Positions 61,086-64,000 of a stretch of DNA of 64,000 bases are shown here, in pieces. Numbering within the stretch: the stretch's first letter is position 1; every line of letters starts with the position of its first letter. Location: assembly GCF_964355755.1 (NCBI RefSeq), contig NC_092675.1, positions 18,572,912 through 18,636,911 of the forward strand. The letters run 5' to 3'. Origin of the DNA: Antedon mediterranea. Its lineage: Eukaryota > Animalia > Echinodermata. The translations under genes and the position numbers were made by a program. The notes below the pieces were generated by a model, which was given only the letters and a program-made list of their open reading frames with translations, did no database searches and was not told the origin of the DNA.

Positions 61086-62067
61086 TAAATACATTTTTTA
61101 TATATTTTTGTTTATTACAGCGAAGTATTTATCCAGCATCAAGCAAAGAAAATAAAAATGAGAGGAGCTGTTAATTGATAAAGAGGGCAACATCAATCAG
61201 GTTTGTAGTTGATTAATACATTTTTACTATTTTTTCTTAGAAAAAATATAATGTTCTCTTCCTGGCAACATAGTTTGCTGTGACTCTTTCGTGGTGAGAT
61301 CCAACTTTAACAAAAAAAATGCTTTTCTTTTTTCAGATTTTCTAATGTGAGATTCTGTTTAGGGAGTAGTAGTAGAATTAATGAACAGAGGTAAGACGGT
61401 GTCTAGTTCTAACTTTACTTTAGCCTTAAAAGAAATGTCACCATAACCGACAATTTAAGTTACATTCATAATATTATAGTAATAAGGAATATCAGAATCA
61501 TGTATCATAGAAAACATATTCAACGTTTATTATGGCATTTAAAAGAAAGTATTTTTTCAATACGAGAGAGTAAACATCTTCTTGAAATAAAATGCTGTCA
61601 TTATTATCAATGCACAATACCTATTATGTTCATAAATAATGCTTTCTACTTATATAAATCCAAAGGAAATTTATGAAATATTAATGATAATGCGGCAAAC
61701 AGCGTCTGTATTGATTGAGCTGAGAAAATAACCATAAAAAGCTTAGAATAAAAACGATATAAAAGGTAAACTGTCATAGACATAACCAACTATATTTCAC
61801 ATTTTAAAAATGATTTTATATATTTAAAAAGGAGAATAATGATTATAGTATGACACAATACTACAAAGTAAAGTGCGCTTAATGTCGGATTAACTTTACA
61901 GGCTGACGTACATAAGAAATGATCGAGGACGCGTCTTGTGATAAAGTACATGAGTGAAGGTTGAGTACAATATACATTATGTATAATGTTATTTTATTGT
62001 AATTAAAATCAATTCATATTTAATGTGCCTCCCAGCTTCTAACTGTAACTGCTTCGAATGTAAAACA

Positions 62068-62179
62068 CTGTCTACACTATCAAACTAGTTTGACTAAGAA
62101 AGTGTGATGTGTCTAATATGGTAGTGATATGACGTCACATTTGTTGTCACATGAAGTTTGATAATGTAGACAGAGCTTA
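62068..62179. mobile_element. MITE family A copy
   Basis: CTGTCTACACTATCAAACTAGTTTG...TTTGATAATGTAGACAGAGCTTA. Confidence 0.8.
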
Positions 62180-64000
62180 GACCTCTCGAATATCTCGATC
62201 GAAACTTACACACACAAAAGCCTATTCATTTTCTGATAAAAAGCGTAAGCGTCCTCTCTTCTATTTATTAATCAAAGCATAATTATAACTTGGAATAATA
62301 TTATAATACTATGTGTATATTATGAATACTGGTGATTTAACATTCACATTTGTTCCGTTTTACGGAACGGAAGACGGCGCCGTGTTGTCATAAAAATAAT
62401 GGAAAATCGGCAGCATCATCTTCCATTCCCTGAAACGAAACAAGTGGAATGTAGCGTAAACATGAAAGAGTAATTGATTTTACTCTATCCTGATGTAACA
62501 CATTAATACGAATCTAAATGTTAATCGGACCATCGATTTCTAATAATGAAAAGGGCGTTTCCTCAGATTTGAACTACTAACATGATATTAACACAGTCAA
62601 CAAATAATCGTATACTATAAATTTAAACTAGGAGGTGTTTTTAAGATGTATATTTACGGCGTATATTCACTACGTATTTACGGCGTATATTCACTACGTG
62701 GAAAATAGTTTCTTTGCTGTTTATCACGTTCGATGGTAAACGTGTCGTCTTCTATTTGCGTCAGTAACAAGAATTGATTAACTAATTAATTTCTCTACGA
62801 TTTAAAGTCACGAGAGCGTACATTATAAAAAAACGCTCTACTATATATTATTTTTATCATTGTACAGTGATCGAATATTAGTACTTTTATAACAATAGTA
62901 AGACTGTGACATTTCCAAAAGTAGGACTTGTTTACACCCATACGTATGTTTTTGTTACATGCGATGTTTTTGTAGTTTGTTGTGATTCATTTTAATTTCA
63001 GTTTGACAGAAACTGATATAAGAAATAAGAATAACTTTAAATATTGACGTATTCAATTTATAGCAATTCCACAGATTTATGTCTTTAAAGATGCACTTGT
63101 TTATCATATCGGTAGAACTCATTTTAAATTAAACATTTAAATCTTGTACGGTCATATAACAACAGGAACGGGACAGTTTCATGTCAAGCTAAGGTAACAG
63201 TGTCATCCATATCACACGGGTGACACAATGCTTTTGAAAATGAGAGGAAATGTAACATCAATTATAAAAAAAGGTTGTAATCATCAGGCAAGAAACTATA
63301 GAGGTTGTTTACTATTTGCTAGTCATGATACTGTATACGACATTCGGGCCAATTAAAAGGCAAACTACTTACACCAAAAAATGTCTAAGACAGTGTAGGT
63401 ATTCATTTTTAAAAATATGGATATGTCAACCCGACAAACATGATATAATAACAACAATAAACCGCTATCGAGTCATAGGACAGCAACGTGCGTCTCCTGA
63501 CACACACCAGCGTTTGACAGTCATTCTATTCGGTTGATTGGTTGCCTTCAATTTCCAATGTGTTCAATAAGTAATTCACATGTGTTTTTTTTAAAATCGT
63601 GACATATGTTTTCAAGTTAAGGAAAGAGAAGAGATGCGTATCGTAAAAACAGTTTGTCTCCTCTCCTATTTATGGCACAACCAATGCTTCAACTGCGTTC
63701 ATTCTAGTTAAGGATATTTGGCGTGTCATATTAATACTTGATCTGGTCAACAATCAAATGAATATATACCAACGTAAAAAAATACAATATGAGACTTATG
63801 TCCAGGTAGGCCTACTGTGTATCTATCAAAGTATCATAGGAATATTTGATAATACAACATCACATGTGTTTCACATGTATGTAGTAGTAACCTAACATTT
63901 AACGTAACCTTCATGATACAGGTACCACATGTGATATAAATGAGATGCTGTTTCACTATATTCCTTTAATATTTCGGCAATATAGTATGTGGAGATACAG

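Overview
This is AT-rich animal genomic DNA with spliceosomal GT-AG introns. The repeat content suggests a marine invertebrate, probably a deuterostome (inference). The left 37 kb is gene-rich: the last exon of choline acetyltransferase (+), a 7-exon furin-activated MMP that is probably GPI-anchored (+), an intronless secreted lectin with four C-type domains (+), SAMD8/SMSr (-) and, head-to-head with it, a group XII phospholipase A2-like gene with a long acidic tail and KDEL (+). A near-identical 5.2-kb tandem duplication centred on the shared SAMD8/PLA2G12 promoter leaves one intact and one truncated copy of each gene. The right 27 kb has no supportable host CDS. Transposon debris occurs across the whole window: an Academ derivative, Kolobok-, Tc1/pogo-, Helitron- and Helentron-type elements, MITEs, SINEs, LINE ends and minisatellites. 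The most unusual items are four 19-30 bp CAGGGA..TCCC(T)G insertions with 7-bp target-site duplications (probable P-type excision scars), a minimal hammerhead-ribozyme motif near 61.06 kb, and the consequences of the duplication. All calls were read by eye with no database searches, so exon boundaries and element ends need confirmation.
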